From Octopus bimaculoides (lineage: Eukaryota), in NCBI RefSeq assembly GCF_001194135.2, contig NC_068993.1, positions 11,163,319-11,227,318 on the forward strand: DNA of 64,000 bases. Reading direction: 5' to 3'. The notes below the pieces were generated by a model that saw nothing but the letters and a program-made list of their open reading frames with translations, was not told the origin of the DNA and did no database searches. The position numbers were made by a program, and so were the translations under genes. Position 1 is the first letter of the stretch. The number at the start of each line of letters is the position of its first letter. This document shows, piece by piece, positions 25,159 through 37,620 of the stretch.

Positions 25159-25753
25159 TCTTCGCTCAGTCATTTACTCACCGAACCTCCGAACGATGGC
25201 ACCTGTACACCACACTACTGAATTCAAATCCTTTTACATTGTTATAATCAATAATAGTTATTGTTACACTTTATCAAAATCGAAACCAGTGATGATAGCT
25301 TTAACATACATAGTATATTGTAATAGAGACGGACAATAGTAAAGGGTTGGCGGTGGAAGTAGTTGAGACACAATTATATATCTGCCGTGTCAATGAAAGA
25401 TAATTATGCAGCTCAGAGGGAAAATTAAATAAACATCTGTGTTAATAATGATGGCTGCCATCTAGTTATAGTCAAGACAGCAGAATATGGAGTCATTCGA
25501 CGTATGAAGAGACGTACAATACTTTTCCTTACAGATAAGCACACATGCATACGCCTACAACCATACCACCACCCACACACGAACACACACGCGCGATCAC
25601 AGACACACACAGACACACACACGAACATATACACACAAATTAATCTCTATTTATCTATGCATGCATTTATATGCGCGTGTTTTTATGTGTGTGTATGCAT
25701 ATGTAACAATTTGCATACATGCACCCCCATGCGCGCGCACATACATGCATATT

Positions 25754-25851
<98 letters not shown>

Positions 25852-27255
25852 CATATATACATATATGCATACAAACATATACATGCGTATATATAAATAT
25901 ATAAATATATTTAAATATATATATATATTAATGTATGTATAAATATGTATATAAGGGTATATATGATATATATATCATGTATATATATATAAAAAAAGTA
26001 CCTATTTATATGTATATAACAATATACATATACATTGCATATATGCATTATATATGAATGTAAGCTTGGATGTGTGCGTATACTTATATAAGCATCTATA
26101 CGTATATAAGCAGAGTAATCTTTAAGAGGGAACTCGTTAAATTGGAAATATCAGAAAGATAACAATTTAGCTTCATTACGTAAAATATGATAGCTTAGTT
26201 GAATGTAGGTTTTGTGGGGAAAGATTTGGAAGCTAGCCAAAATGTTTCCTTGTATGGCAAACGAAATATCTCATAGCTGAAGTTATGCAATTTCTTAGCA
26301 TGCGACCAACTATCGTATTTCAAAATAAAGCAAGTAAGCTAGTGTTTGTATGTAATTTCTTGCATTCAACTGAGATCCATACTAAATGAGAAACATTTGC
26401 TGTTGGTTAAAGGCATGAATTTGTATTAGTTTCACTAATACGTATACGATTTTCTAGAAAGCAATGTGATCTAGCTAGTTGGAGCAGAAATATTCTTATT
26501 TAGTTTCCCTGTAGCAAAACAAATTTTCAACATGGCGTTATTATTGATCTATTCTCTTCTTCATCTCGAGTTTTTGTTGTATTGCCAAATATCCAGATTT
26601 ATATTATATGCATTAACAGATATTTTATACAGAGCTATCTTTAACAATATACCTAATTCCACGGATGCTGATTTTTTTTTACAACAGAAATATTAGTGGG
26701 AAAATAACAACCATTAAGAGTTAAAAAAGTATATATATTTCAAAGAAAGTGAAATAACCTACAGAATATATATACACTTAAGAGATTTACTATTATAATT
26801 TTTTTCGATTGCATAAAAAAAAACCCCTATTTTACTAAAGAAAATCTAACAACATACAAATAGCATGTACAGATTTAATTCGATTGTAGTAGAATACACT
26901 GTAGTTGATTTCTATATCTATTTGGTAGTAGATATCTGTGCATGCTAGATTTGACGGCTGTTGAACACTTTTACGACGATAATCAGATGCGGCTTGCAAT
27001 GAGAATATGAGAAAGGGAAGAAATGAAAGACTGAAAGGAACGTGAGTAGTTCGTTAGTATTGGCTCTCGACACGAAGTAGTATAGTGATCTTGAAGAAAA
27101 TCATTGTGTATATGTAAAAACACACGCATACATACATATCTGTGTATATGTATATTGATGTATATATATACTTGTAAACTCACAGACAAAGGCACATATG
27201 AATTAATGATTGTCAAGAGAACAAGACTAATGTAATTACATTCATTAGCTCACAG

Positions 27256-27288
27256 TTGTTTCTGCTATGAAATGCGCCTCACTCAGAG
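27256..27288 (+). CDS. Candidate 33-bp exon with in-frame ATG at 27267 (MKCASLR)
   Basis: Acceptor ctcacag, strong donor GAG|GTGAGT; ends in phase 1, matching the exon at 27834. Confidence 0.3.
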
Positions 27289-27356
27289 GTGAGTGTAATA
27301 TTCCCTAGGTTCCTTGGTGCGATGGAATGATTATTGGTATTGTTATACTTAAGCTA

Positions 27357-27391
<35 letters not shown>

Positions 27392-27426
27392 CAATCAATC
27401 AATCAATCAATCAATCCATCAATCAT

Positions 27427-27522
<96 letters not shown>

Positions 27523-27833
27523 CAACGGATATCGCAAGGCTGCATATTGTGAACATTAACTGGAGAACCTACTGACTACAAGGGAAGGGTAAACTATTTT
27601 TAATAGTTTTATCAACAGTAGCTTCGAAGTTTCACTAACAGTTGGTGTGTGACGATGCAAGACTTAGGCGATGCGTAGGAACAATCTGCCTTGCTCTAGT
27701 TAGAAATTTACAGTCAAAATCAAAATTACAGTTCTGTTTATCTAAATTGTAGCAGCAAAATTACAATCTATTTTTCTTGTTAACTTATACAAAAGCCGGT
27801 TCCAACACGTGTAGTTTTTTCATGCATTGACAG

Positions 27834-27974
27834 GAGATATGAGCTCAGCTGTGTACAGAAATGGTCTGAAAAGATTCTCACAGATCTCAGAACTTGAAGA
27901 AAAACTATACAGTAAAGTAAAGCCTTTGCTGAATCTAACTGAAGGAGTGCATATATTTTCATTGAATTCTGCTG
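27834..27974 (+). CDS. Candidate 141-bp symmetric phase-1 exon (DMSSAVYRNGLKRFSQISELEEKLYSKVKPLLNLTEGVHIFSLNSA)
   Basis: Acceptor ttttttcatgcattgacag, donor CTG|GTAACT, 46 open codons with ordinary protein composition. In-frame stops lie 7-8 codons outside both boundaries. Confidence 0.4.
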
Positions 27975-28205
27975 GTAACTACAATGAAATTTCTTGAGAT
28001 ACTATCTGATGTGAGAATCGCTAAGTAGAGCACTATCTTGAAAAGTAGGAATAACGTCTGTGGTGAGATTGTTAGATTCCGCTTTAACATTGTGCGTATT
28101 GAAAACCTTGAATATGTTTGCTTGGAAGTAACCTACTTATGAATAAAATATTGCTTGCTGATTGTTGGGTGAAGCTTAACGAGTTATGGATTCATGCATA
28201 TTCAG

Positions 28206-28393
28206 TGTACATTAGCACCTTGCTCAAACCATGTTGTGTGGCTTGTAACTTTGTCGAATATATCGCTATCATGGAAGAAATGAGAAATGCTCCGAATGAT
28301 ACCGATTTTAAGTTCCTAAATATAACTGAGTGTGGTGGAAATTCCTACGAATACAAAAGACTTTATATTTCTATACAGATATTCTTTGCTTGA
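28206..28393 (+). CDS. Candidate terminal exon (phase 1; part of ORF-track ORF 28118-28393)
   Basis: Acceptor gcatattcag, open to TGA at 28391-28393, phase-compatible with 27834-27974. Confidence 0.22.
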
Positions 28394-29377
28394 AGTCCCT
28401 AAATTTAAAATAGGTTTGGATCATAACGATAGATATACATAGGTTAAACTTCTTAAAGTTTTCTATTAAATGTTTCTTAAATACATCCACGGCATGACTA
28501 TTTGAACAGAAATTACTAATCTGTAGGTTATGAAAAATTGGAGATGGAGGGCTGATCAGTTCAACATGTGGAAGCTGTGACTTACTCAACACCGAAAAGT
28601 AAGCGTACGAACGATCGAACTTAATTTTCATATCTATAAAACTTCCACCAATGCATTTCTAAGTCATACTGTTAATAAAATGCAGAACATACGCACATAC
28701 ATAGCCCCACCATATATANNNNNNNNNNNNNNNNNNNNNNNNNNNNNNNNNNNNNNNNNNNNNNNNNNNNNNNNNNNNNNNNNNNNNNNNNNNNNNNNNN
28801 NNNNNNNNNNNNNNNNNNNNNNNNNNNNNNTATGTATGTAATTATGTATATATATGTATATATAAAACAATGGGCTATAGAAAGCAAATGCCGCATGCTG
28901 GTCGATATTTAAATATCAATAACTATAACAGATTCATTGTAATGTTCCTCTGAAACTATTTAATTAACCTTGATGTTCCAGGTAAAAGAATCCTTTACAA
29001 AAGTGTTAAGACAACAAGAAAGAAATATGCTTGTGATGCCGGTCACATTTCTCTGTGAAATCCACTCATAAGATGAGGCTGCCAAGAACCGGCATGTTAA
29101 GCTAATCGACGCAATATTTCTTTCATGTTCCCCTTAACACTTTTGCAAAGGATTGGTGTATTTCACACGGAATAAGAGAACTAATTAACTACATGTAAAG
29201 CATCACATCAATATCTTTGTTAGTGTTATTATTGATTTTAATGATCTCTCTGATATTTATATAGTCTTCAATGACACAGTTATTTTTCGCATGAATCCAC
29301 AATTGCTCCAAGATTCCTGCCTGCTGTCTGCCTGCCTGTCTGTCTGCCTGTCTGTCTGCCTGTCTGTCTATCTATCA

Positions 29378-29436
<59 letters not shown>

Positions 29437-29840
29437 GGAGCCACCTTGAGCATAACCCTATAAAGGAGTAAAAAAATCAAGAAAAACAAAACAAAACAAA
29501 AAGGCAAAAGAGAGTTACTTACTGTTATGGTTTCTTCAAAGACAATGACAATGTTGGCCAAGGTTACCGTGGTCTTTTCCGTAGGCTTTTCTTTCCGCGG
29601 CTAAACCTAAACTGTCCTCCCTTTTTACACGAGAACATTGGTGTGATACACGATCCCTATTGATCGCTTTTATTTTTTTCTCGATCCCTTTTGACCGAAC
29701 TCTCCCCCCTTTTTTTCTTCTTTCCTACGAACTCTTTTGATTGCCCCCTTTTTCTCTCTCCTTCTCCGTCCCCAAAAGAAAAGCTCTACATTGCATTTGT
29801 CCCCTCTATGTAAAGCCCTGTGTGGTTAATAAGAGAAATG
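29437..29840 (+). mobile_element. Putative LINE 3'UTR fragment embedded in (CTAT)n
   Basis: Non-simple insert flanked by (CTAT)n on both sides. It ends tttgtcccctctatgtaaagccctgtgtggttaataagagaaat, a tail also present at 20420-20471 and 44032-44095 (reverse complement). The LINE identity is inferred. Confidence 0.55.
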
Positions 29841-30579
29841 CATCTATCTATCTATCTATCTATCTATCTCTTCATACATANNNNNNNNNNNNNNNNNNNN
29901 NNNNNNNNNNNNNNNNNNNNNNNNNNNNNNNNNNNNNNNNNNNNNNNNNNNNNNNNNNNNNNNNNNNNNNNNNNNNNNNNNNNNNNNNNNNNNNNNNNNN
30001 NNNNNNNNNNNNNNNNNNNNNNNNNNNNNNNNNNNNNNNNNNNNNNNNNNNNNNNNNNNNNNNNNNNNNNNNNNNNNNNNNNNNNNNNNNNTATATATCT
30101 ATATATATATATAGATATATATATAAAGGTCAGTCTTTGCCCAACGGCTTCACTCTGCGTGCTTCAGCTTCTTTACTATGGCAACAGTCCGGACACTTAT
30201 TGACCCGACCACGTACTTGACCTCACTTGCAGTTTCTTTTCCTGTCAAACTCCTATTTTATCCACAAAGTACGTGATCATTAATCAAGCACGTTAATATT
30301 TTTTTAAATTATATTATTATTCTGTTTTTCAAAAATTCAAAAGAAAGTTTACAGATGTAAAAATATATTACTGGGGGAATAAAAAAACCCAGAAAGAATT
30401 ACATTTCAAATCATTGTGCAAATGGTCGATGAAATTTTGAATTTTTGACGAAGAAAGAAATGAGCACTTAAAAAAAGTTTTTCAAGTAGGAGAAAAAAAC
30501 AGAAGAGAGAAGCGAAAAATATCAGAAAGAAGGAGGAGGATTTCTTATATTAAGGACCTTTAAGAAAAATTGATATTAT

Positions 30580-30781
30580 CAGTAATAATAATAGTAATAA
30601 TAATAATGATGATGATAATAATGATGATAATAATAATAATAATAATAACAATAATAATAATAATAATAATAAAGATATCAGCAACAATAACAACAACAAC
30701 AACAACACTAATAATAATAATTATAATAAATATAAAAATAATAATGATAGCAATAATAATAATAATAATAATAATGATAAC

Positions 30782-30826
<45 letters not shown>

Positions 30827-30868
30827 TATAATAATTATAAAAATGATAATAACAACAACAACAACAAC

Positions 30869-30932
<64 letters not shown>

Positions 30933-30950
30933 GTAAGAGTAAGAGTAACA
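30580..30950. repeat. (AAT)n/(AAC)n compound microsatellite
   Basis: Directly visible. Confidence 0.96.
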
Positions 30951-31140
30951 TAAAAAGTGAAAGTAACAAAACATCCGTTGTAGGTTGTGGCCACTTCATG
31001 CACACCTTCGAGTATTGTCAAGTACCCGTAATATGTTTTTTTTTAAAAAGAAAGAAAAGTGATAAATTACGATCGTATTGCATACTGGTAACACTTTTAC
31101 GTTAAAAATCGTTGATTCAAAATCTTCCCCAACACAATGA

Positions 31141-31610
31141 AACCGATGATGGTGATGATGATGATGATGACGACGACGACGACGATGATGATGATGATGA
31201 TGGTGATGGTGATGGTGGTGGTGGTGATGATGATGATGATGATGATGATGACGACAATAGCGTTATGACGAAGCGTATTAAGAGCATGTAAAAGACGATA
31301 ACGATTGATGATGAATTATTACAACGACAACGATGACAACACTGATGTCGATGACGATGAACATGATGGTGATGATGCTGTTGATGATGACGACGACGAT
31401 GACGAGGACAATGATGATGACAAAGCGGATGAAGAGCAAGTAAAGGATGATGACAACTGACGATGAATTGTGACGTCGAAGACGACGATGATAATGATGA
31501 TGACGACGATGATAATGATGATGACGACGACGACGACGATGATAATAATGGTAATTATGAAGATGATGACAAAGAAATCATCGACAGCGACTATGACGAC
31601 AACGATGAGA
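31141..31610. repeat. Degenerate (GAT)/(GAC)/(GGT)n tract
   Basis: Directly visible. Confidence 0.92.
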
Positions 31611-32769
31611 TTGTAAGTAATATATTCGTCACATGATAGCACCTACGCTCAGCTAAGATTCCATTGCTCGGTGCCATCGTTCGCTATTATTTTCACTAAT
31701 TTCCTTAAAAAATTCATTACATCAACATTTTTTGCAATGTCTCTGATGACAAAATAATTTCTGTTTTTCCATTTTTTTGGTTCCTTTTTGTCGATTCGTT
31801 TTGATGTAGCTGCTTGATATTTTCAACAATTTTCGTTTTCTCTATGATGTTTTGATGTTGTAAACACCGTCTACTCTCAGCACCACTAACTTTTCCTGGT
31901 TGATGTGAGATCTCGTAAAATCCCGATACATCTCCGTAACACTACGCGTATGGTTTACATCGTTTAATATATCCCAAATGGCGAACATGAAGCACATTAT
32001 GCCGCCATGACAGGTAGACACGGCTCTTCTATGACTTAGTGCAGGGAGAATGTCCTTCATGGTCTTTATTGTCTGTATCAATGGCTCCAGGGCCGGAACA
32101 TACAGGAAAGGCGAGAGAGAGAGAGAGAGATTATATCATTGATGGACTGAAGGTTCGATGCTAAGCGATTTCCAGAGGCTTCTGTTTGGTTTTAACAACC
32201 AATGAAAAACAAAATTAAAATGTTACTGAAATTCTAACTGAAGCAGTGTGAAGTTCCTTCAGAAAATATTGAGCGATAGTTGTGGACAGATACGAACTTG
32301 TCAATCTGTTGCAAAATTGTATGCGAAAAAGAAACTCATGTGAAAAAAAAAAGGCTTATTCAAACTAGGTAGAGTTATATACAATCTACGAACAGCATAA
32401 CTAAGAGACGAACAGCTAAATAATACTATTACACCAACAGGAAATAAAATAAATTGGAATCGTTTCAACCAGTTTCTATGTCTGTACGTTAATTTAAATT
32501 TACTTCCGTTTTTTAACATAATTAATGAACTATGAACTATGAAATAAAATGACTTCCTTTTAGTGAAATATCTCTACTAACAATTCCACATACTAATCAA
32601 TGTCTACCTCTCTCTTTGCCAAAATATATCATTTATGTAATTAGTAGAATCTTAATTAATTTTAACTGAAAGGATTCAGTACAAATACCAGCATCTATTT
32701 ACGAAATTTAGGGACTCTGTAGATGAAACGTGAGCGAGAAGACCGACTAAATATCTAAAGGTTACCTTA

Positions 32770-32980
32770 CAGTAATACCTCGACTATCACGGGTGTTACG
32801 TTCCAAAAACCCCGCGATAGGTGAAAATCGACGAAGAAGAAACAGTACTGTACTGTATATATCTTTTATAATTTGTATATATTTATTTTTTATAAATGCA
32901 AAACAACACCACAGAGGGATCGACGTAAGCTTAAATGATAAACCGCGTTAAGTGAACCGCGAGATGGCGAGGGTATACTG
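32770..32980. mobile_element. pogo/Tigger-like MITE (211 bp)
   Basis: TIRs cagtaatacctcgactatcacgggt and (reverse complement) cagtataccctcgccatctcgcggt; TA at 32768-32769 and 32981-32982. Confidence 0.88.
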
Positions 32981-33189
32981 TACTTCATAATTTTTATTCA
33001 GAAGAAAAGAATATATATCTCTCAACAGATGAGAAACTATCTACCTCATTCACTCTTTCTTTCGCCCCACTCTTTCCCCGCTATCTCATTGATTACACAT
33101 ACACACATCCATAATGATCTCTCTTATTTTCCGGGAAAATCCCGGAGAAAAGGTATCACTTATAACCGGGTTTTGATTCAGAGAGCGAG

Positions 33190-34110
33190 ATAATTTCATT
33201 ACCTTCGAACCCTCGGTTAATGGTATTTCTGGCGTCGTGAACAGGCATTTTGTCTCACTTACTGCTGTTCTTGCTTCCACTCTCGTTGTCTACATACTCA
33301 TTTTCGCTGCCTTTATTATGCCTCTGTAAAGAGAGCCTTTAAAATTGCTTATTTACTAATAGACGTTTAAGAGATCAGCTTCCTGCTTCGTAACACCAAT
33401 TCTTCTGTTTATATTTCAGCACTCACAATAATCATTTGTTATTAGGACTTGACATACCATTGTAGTTACCTCGCATTTCATCGCTTACACTACGGTTTAA
33501 GAAGTTGACAAGAATTTTAAGTTCAACATCGCCACCAAAGTTCTATGTGTCTTTTTTTGTTCTATGCATTGGAGCGCCAATTTGTGAACAGCTGAGTACT
33601 GCACACTGTTTGTCTTTGAAAATTCAGGACTAACTGTCACGTATTCTGCTCTCATCAACGTGTTCCATACATCTCTCGGGGCTTCGATCTTTATTTTGCT
33701 TAGCTTAAAGGGGACAACGAGTCTCCCTGGAAAATTTCCCTTTTGATATTAACTTTCCCTAAGAGTGCGTCACCTGAGTATAGATCTACTTACCATTTCT
33801 TCATGCTAAAGCGAATCAATTCTCTTATGATGTCTGCTATACTGAATATACTCAAACATTCACTCGTCCATGAGTGTGGGATCATGTCATAAGCTTTCCT
33901 ATAATCTAATTATGCTATTGTTAGATTTTTCGTGCTAGCTTTAATTTCATTTCGAACTGCTTTGTCTATGTATAATAGATCATGGGTTTCTTTAGCCTTC
34001 TTCCTGAAACCTTTCTGTTCTTCTGGTAGTAAAACTCTGGTTCTCAAGATGCTCGTAAATGCTTCCTGAAAACATACCTGTTAACAACTTCCACACTAAT
34101 GGTAAGCACT
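33190..34110 (-). mobile_element. R4/Dong-like non-LTR retrotransposon, decayed reverse transcriptase region with internal deletions
   Basis: Minus strand CLPLVWKLLTG...(fs)LLPEEQKGFRK...LYIDKAV...IA*LDYRKAYDMIPHSW...NIKREIFQGDSLSPL. The YxDD segment is missing. Weaker downstream traces include QYSA..KKT and K.PVH. Confidence 0.92.
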
Positions 34111-34123
34111 GATTAGTCTAAAG

Positions 34124-34176
<53 letters not shown>

Positions 34177-34202
34177 ACAATAATAATAATAACAACAACA
34201 AC

Positions 34203-34254
<52 letters not shown>

Positions 34255-34261
34255 TTAATAA

Positions 34262-34506
34262 AAACAGAAAAAAATATTCAGACAAATACATAACAAAAGC
34301 ACCAGGACTTACAAATATATATAACATACAGAAAATTGCACTACTGGGCACTGCACACATCCTACGCAAAACACTTTCAATACAGTAACCATAAGAGCAT
34401 CACAGCAAACCACAGCACATGCCCAAGGCGCACAGAGCTGCGCTCGGTAGTGAAGTGAAAGCACGTTATAAAAATAAAACTACTGAACAATAATAATAAT
34501 AATAAT
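34262..34506 (+). mobile_element. 5'-truncated R4/Dong-like LINE 3' end in a (TAA)n tract
   Basis: Stop-free ORF end YSDKYITKAPGLTNIYNIQKIALLGTAHILRKTLSIQ* (34275-34388), about 100 bp of 3'UTR, AATAAA at 34473, and (AAT)n immediately 5' and 3'. Confidence 0.88.
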
Positions 34507-35056
34507 CATTATTATTATTATCATTATCATTATTATTATTATCATTATTATTGTTGTTATTATTTTATTATTATTCACATTTCATTTAAAATGCAGCTGT
34601 TTGTAAAAAAGCAATAAGGCAATGAGATTGTCTTGTAATTTCTATTTTAGATGAAATGACTACTTTAAAGCTACATTTCAGTTTTGTCAAGTGTTTGTAA
34701 TTTAACGTGGGAAGAAAAACAGACAAATTACTGTGGATTAAGAACTGAAATAGTTTCTTTTAAAATCAATTTATCAACTTCATCACCACCAACAGCTACA
34801 AAAAAAAGCAATAATAACAAAAACACCGAAAGCACAAAAAAGAACAAGAAAAAATAAAATAAACAGTTATGGAAAGAACAACAACAAAAATGCAATGGTG
34901 AAATCGTCGACGACAACATTTACCACAGCACCATCGTCGTCGTCCTCGTCATTGTCGTTGACGTCATCATCATCAGCAGCAGCAGAAGCAACAACATTAA
35001 CAACTCCACCAACAACAATAACAAAAACAATAATAATAATAATAATTATTATTACA

Positions 35057-35525
35057 ATGCATGACTACGTTATTCAACAAACAGAGGATGTTGGAAGTAA
35101 AGAACGATAAATGTGGTTGACTGACGGAAACCCGAAACGAAAAACCGAAGCACTAATTGTAGCTGCTCAGGATCAAGCCATTAAGACAAATTTGGTAAAG
35201 GCAAACATTGATAAAATTTTAGCAAGGGAGAAAATGCAGGATCTGCTCGAAAGGAAACGAAAATATTGAGTATCTCTGATGTGAATGCAGTAAACTTGCA
35301 CAAAATGAATACATGCACAGACATGATGGTAGCTTAGCGTGTGAGTTTAAAGTAGCTGAAAAATGATATGAACAGGAGACAGACGATGTGCTAGAGAATA
35401 TGACTTATAAGATTTCATGGGACTTTCTCTTAAAGGCTGATCATATTATTGAAGTAAGAAGCTCAGATATAACTGTAGAAAACTAAAGATACGATGTAAG
35501 ATCATGGATTTTGCCACAAGGGTTA
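35057..35525 (+). mobile_element. R4/Dong-like LINE fragment: CCHC zinc knuckle and REL endonuclease, decayed
   Basis: MHDY...MWLTDGNPKRKTEALIVAAQDQAIKTN...(fs)CRICSKGNENIEYL*CECSKLAQNEYMHRHD...YEQETDDVLEN..YKISWDF...DHIIEVRSSDI; starts just after (AAT)n. Confidence 0.9.
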
Positions 35526-35529
35526 CAAG

Positions 35530-35750
35530 TAATAATACTTTCTACTGTAGGCACATGACCTGAAATTTTTGGGGAGGATGTATGTCGATCATGTCAACCC
35601 CAGTACTTGACTTTATCATGTCAACCACAGTACTTGACTTTATCGATCCCGAAAGGCGGAATGGCAAAATTGACCTTGGCGGAATTTGAACTCAGAACGT
35701 AGCGGCAGGGGAAATACCGTTAAGCATTTCGCCCGGTGTGCTATCGATTC
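35530..35750 (-). mobile_element. SINE family C variant, nearly full length, with internal 27-bp tandem duplication
   Basis: Reverse complement gaatcgatagcacaccgggcgaaatgcttaacggtatttc...gttctgagttcaaattccgccaaggtc...; duplicated unit at 35589-35615 and 35616-35642. Confidence 0.88.
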
Positions 35751-36099
35751 AATAATAAACACATACATTGGACGTGAAAGATCATGGAAGACATAAAATA
35801 AACGGTGGAGGTGGCTGAACAAATTTATATGAATAGAGCATGGATGTGAGGAGGATGTATGAGAGACGGATTGAAACTTCAGTAAAATATAAAAACCATA
35901 TAAAATATTAGACAACACAGTAATTAAAACAAGATATATATAATTATATAAAACCTTTGAAGCTATTGGTTGCCAATATACACATGGCTAAGTCGGGCTG
36001 GACCATCGAACAATTTGCCATCTTGAATTTCGTTAAAATGGTCCTTTTAGAACCATGGGAATGAATAAAATCGTAAGAGTCCACAGGAGCTGATTTTAT

Positions 36100-36330
36100 T
36101 AGATTTCAGAATTTGGATGATGATATTCTTATCTATACAAACCAATGAAGAATTCGCAAGACTTTAAACACCGTTTCAAGTATATTCAAAACATGGAAAT
36201 GCCCCGAATGGATTATTTCTTCCTTTCAAGAGGAAGTGCAAAGTGCAAATTTAAGGACATTTATTAGTGAAGGATTTATTGGAATAGCGTTGCATCTTGA
36301 TGCAAAATCTATATTTACGTTTAAAGGAAT
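36100..36330 (+). mobile_element. Possible very old Ty3/gypsy RT remnant
   Basis: NLDDDILIYT (YLDDILIY-like) followed across frameshifts by NEE and SFQEEV..GH/FISEG-like segments; no LTR or other domain seen. Confidence 0.3.
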
Positions 36331-37503
36331 TGGATATTGATGAATGAATGAAGAGGAAAAACCAAAACAACCCCCCCCCCCAAAAAAAAAAAAACAAGGC
36401 AAAATAATTCGAGATTTATGGAAATGTTGAGGCCATTTTACTCGCTCTTTTAAGCTTGTATAGCATGGAATCTGGGTTTAGCAATTTTCTTTCTTTATTA
36501 AGCAAAGAGATAAGCAGACCATAGAACATAATTAGTGGATCCAACACTCAAATATGCTAAGTTTTATTCATGAGCTCTTCTAAGCCTGCCTCACCAAATC
36601 CATCTTTCCCATTCCAAGGTGCGCTTGCTTTTTATATTTTACTGATTCTTTTCTTATGAAAATTATATTGGTAAATAAGTTTTGAAATTTAACATTCTAT
36701 TAATTTATTCGAGTATCAATGGAAATTAATTTCTGTTATAAAAGGACGCATCAAACGGAAAATTTATAAATCTATTAGTCATTCTTCATACAATTTTTCT
36801 GAAGAAATCATTAGATTTGTTGGGATGCAACACATATAACGTTGCAGAGAATAACTGTTCAAATTGAATTTGATGTTGATGTATGTCGTAAACTCTTAAA
36901 GTGTGTATTTGGACAATATGATACATGTATTATGTCAGACAAGGAGAGAGCAACTGCTGTGTTACTGTAGAAAGGTAGAAAGAGGATTATGAGTCGGTGT
37001 GCTTGTAAGTGCATCATGCAGGTGAGTGGCGATTAAGCCTAATATGTTACGATAAAATATTCAAATGGACGATACACAGCGTATGAATAATTAAAACTCG
37101 TAAAGATTATGTTTACATAGAGTGGGTTAATAATTCATAAGCTAAATGGCGCCTACTGCAGTGATGTCGAAATATGCCATCAATGGTAATTTTCCGCGTC
37201 TTGATGACACTAGATTAGCATATATATTGCAGCATCTAATAAAAGACTACGGAATTACAGCTGCATTTGCTTAATTCATGGAAAAGAAAACAACAACTAC
37301 GGCGTTGGTTTAAAGCAGAATATATTATAGCAAATCAGATATTTACAAACATTCACTTTGCTGAAGCTCATATTTTCTTTCACAGTTAAACTATTTTACT
37401 CATTTACAGATTCCTGCCTGTTGATTGCGGCCGTGTTCGGTTCTGGCATTATATAAAACATACGTATTATGGATTTCCCCAAGCTCTTATTCTTCCAATT
37501 AAT

Positions 37504-37620
37504 TAGATGACGAATTGGCAGAGTAATAGAGTTTTGCGTAGAACGATCGCTCTCCGAGTTCAGTTCCTTCCGTGGTCAACTTTTCCTTTCATCTTTGCGG
37601 TGTTGATAAGCAAAATAACG
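37504..37620 (+). mobile_element. Old SINE family C copy (head + core)
   Basis: gaattggcagagt...gagttcagttccttccgtggtcaacttttcctttcatctttgcggtgttgataa aligns with 20300-20365. Confidence 0.7.
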
